A program made the translations under genes and the position numbers. From NCBI GenBank assembly GCA_018693855.1, contig JABHMO010000029.1, positions 1 to 48,480 of the forward strand: a stretch of DNA of 48,480 nucleotides. Direction: 5' to 3'. Every line of letters starts with the position of its first letter. Position 1 is the stretch's first letter. Of this stretch, positions 46,889 through 48,480 are shown in pieces. Source of the DNA: Candidatus Falkowbacteria bacterium. Its GTDB lineage: Bacteria; Patescibacteriota; Patescibacteriia; UBA11705; JABHMO01. The notes beneath the pieces are model-generated. The model made no database searches. It saw only the letters and a list, made by a program, of their open reading frames with translations, and was not told where the DNA came from.

Positions 46889-47494
46889 ATGAGCGAACTA
46901 ACAAAAAGACAAAGTGAAATACTTCGATTTATTACGGGTTTTGTTAAAGATAATGATTATTCCCCTAGTTTCAGGGAAATTGCCGAAGGTGTAGGACTAT
47001 CATCTCCTGCAACAGTGCATCAACATGTACAAGCTCTTCGTGAAAAAGGATTTCTGAACGCTGACGGTGAAACACCTCGATGCCTAGAGATAACTAATAA
47101 GGTAATGAGTCTTTGTAAGGCAATTGAGTTGCCTTTGGCAGGTCTTATTACGGCTGGTCAACCAATTGAGGCTGTCATGCAAAATGAAACAATGGCTGTG
47201 CCTGCTGATTTAGTAACTGATGACAGTTCTTATGTTCTGAAAGTAAAAGGTGAGTCAATGATTGATGAAGGTATCTTTGATGGAGACTACGTGATCGTTG
47301 AACGAAATCATTTCCCACAAAATGGAGATGTAGTAGTTGCCCTTCTTAATAATGCCTATGCTACTTTGAAAAAATTCTATAAAGAAGCAACCAGAATTCG
47401 GCTTCAACCAGCTAACGCAACAATGAAACCAATCTACTGCAAAGACGTTGCCATCCAAGGCGTCGTCCGAGCCATCATCCGTAAGTTCGCGTAA
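46889..47494 (+). CDS. lexA: SOS repressor LexA
   Basis: LTKRQ, PSFREIA, A-G cleavage site (ITAGQP), catalytic Ser (GESM) and Lys (TLKK). Confidence 0.97.
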   Translation: MSELTKRQSEILRFITGFVKDNDYSPSFREIAEGVGLSSPATVHQHVQALREKGFLNADGETPRCLEITNKVMSLCKAIELPLAGLITAGQPIEAVMQNETMAVPADLVTDDSSYVLKVKGESMIDEGIFDGDYVIVERNHFPQNGDVVVALLNNAYATLKKFYKEATRIRLQPANATMKPIYCKDVAIQGVVRAIIRKFA

Positions 47495-47521
47495 ATTTAA
47501 AATTTGATTGAGTGTCTAAAC

Positions 47522-47557
47522 TAGCCTCATTTAGCCTCGTTTAGCCTCATTGCGATT
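47522..47557 (+). repeat. TAGCCTCRTT 10-mer array, directly repeated at 48238-48273
   Basis: TAGCCTCAT(T/C)TAGCCTCGTTTAGCCTCATTGCGATT; both copies sit immediately before an ATG. Confidence 0.8.
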
Positions 47558-47559
47558 CT

Positions 47560-48018
47560 ATGTGTGCAGGACTATCATTTCATATCGATAATATAAATAG
47601 AAAAGAATTGGACCGTTTTTATACGCCCGATGAGTTTGATAAGCAAAGAAAAGGCGACAGTTTGCAGATCTATTTTTGGCAGAAACGACCTTTCCTACCA
47701 GTAGAAGAAGATGGCGAAATTCATCTCTACGATTGGGGGAATAGAGATGGATCTGTGAAAATCCCAAAAACAGGTTGGGCAAAACTTGAATCATTGCGTG
47801 ATGGCAGATGGGACTATCTCAAACCTCAAAAAGTCTGGATACCGGCAAGTATGGGATACGAAAAGAAAAAATGGTTCAAAACCCCTCAAGGTTTAACTGG
47901 AATTAAGGTCCGTTTTCATAATATTACAAGAGTTTATCTCGTAACAGAAAAAGCCAATCAAGAATTTATTCAATTGACCGGGCATGATCGCATGCCTGTT
48001 GGAAAACTAGTTTATTGA
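47560..48018 (+). CDS. compact SRAP (YedK/HMCES-like) abasic-site protein
   Basis: N-terminal M-C-A-G (Cys2), a YE motif and C-terminal HDRMP; downstream of lexA. Confidence 0.75.
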   Translation: MCAGLSFHIDNINRKELDRFYTPDEFDKQRKGDSLQIYFWQKRPFLPVEEDGEIHLYDWGNRDGSVKIPKTGWAKLESLRDGRWDYLKPQKVWIPASMGYEKKKWFKTPQGLTGIKVRFHNITRVYLVTEKANQEFIQLTGHDRMPVGKLVY

Positions 48019-48370
48019 TCTTATCAATTATACGTTAAACGAGAAATTATGTGACGCTTTGGGATACGAATTGAAAAATTTTACGAAGTATATATCGATT
48101 GCTTTGACGAAAGGCAGTTGGGAGAAAAATTTTTCAGTAAACGAGTCTAAAGGCAAGCATGGTCACATAATTTCTCATTAACATAAAATAAAAATTATAT
48201 TGGACTAGCGAAGTTAGCTATTAGTCTATTATCTCAATAGCCTCATCTAGCCTCGTTTAGCCTCATTGCGATTTATGTCAAAAAGAAAAATAAAGGCATT
48301 TTACAGAACAAATATAAAGTCATTTTGGGAAGATTTAACAATGAATGTTTAACTATGAAAAATAAAACAG

Positions 48371-48406
48371 CCCGCCCGCAGTGCTACGCTCAGCGTTGCG
48401 GGCGGG
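48371..48406. repeat. 36-bp GC-rich palindromic element
   Basis: CCCGCCCGCA-GTGCTACGCTCAGCGT-TGCGGGCGGG. Another palindrome, TTATCCCGC...GCGGGATAA, lies at 48453-48480. Confidence 0.75.
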
Positions 48407-48480
48407 CTAGAGAATTAATAAAATGGTACTTCAGAGAACTGTTAAAATAATATTATCCCGCTGCTCCCACGGCGGGATAA

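Noticed and set aside
2110-47794. Numerous 60-130-aa antisense or overlapping ORFs within core genes
   Set aside because: They overlap well-supported genes, lack motifs and are expected by chance.
1-48480. Alternative genetic code (UGA=Gly), prophage or integrase-bearing island
   Set aside because: Conserved genes are full length under code 11, and no integrase, transposase, RT or phage structural genes were recognised.

Overview
AT-rich bacterial chromosomal window, standard genetic code. Gene content and style point by inference to a Patescibacteria/CPR genome, probably Parcubacteria-like: alpha2-type glyQS, short alaS, a pilM-N-O-B-C plus pilin cluster, SD-less core genes and many orphan cassettes. 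Core genes: csaA, glyQS, pfkB-family kinase-pduL-ackA, murJ, NUDIX, lepA, recJ, CPA2 antiporter, RNase HI, a type IV pilus cluster, a D,D-carboxypeptidase, mnmA, two purC paralogues plus purB, alaS, mutS, lexA and a SRAP protein. The most unusual signals are non-coding. (1) A stand-alone ~200-nt minus-strand unit (1036->~838) has its own sigma70 promoter and terminator, and its core is a copy of the 23S rRNA L1 stalk (H76-H78) outside any rRNA operon. (2) Divergent from it is a glycine T-box with a miniature Stem I upstream of glyQS. (3) Two tandem, apparently paralogous, GC-rich, highly structured ~430 and ~360 nt RNAs of no class I recognise follow mutS. Also present: several families of palindromic or tandem intergenic elements (one with a four-helix-bundle gene remnant, one apparently inside the mnmA CDS), self-contained promoter-SD-ORF-terminator orphan cassettes, two ~30-aa membrane microproteins, a GC-rich lipoprotein gene that is probably foreign, and direct-repeat LexA boxes. 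All structures and homologies were read by eye and no searches were run.
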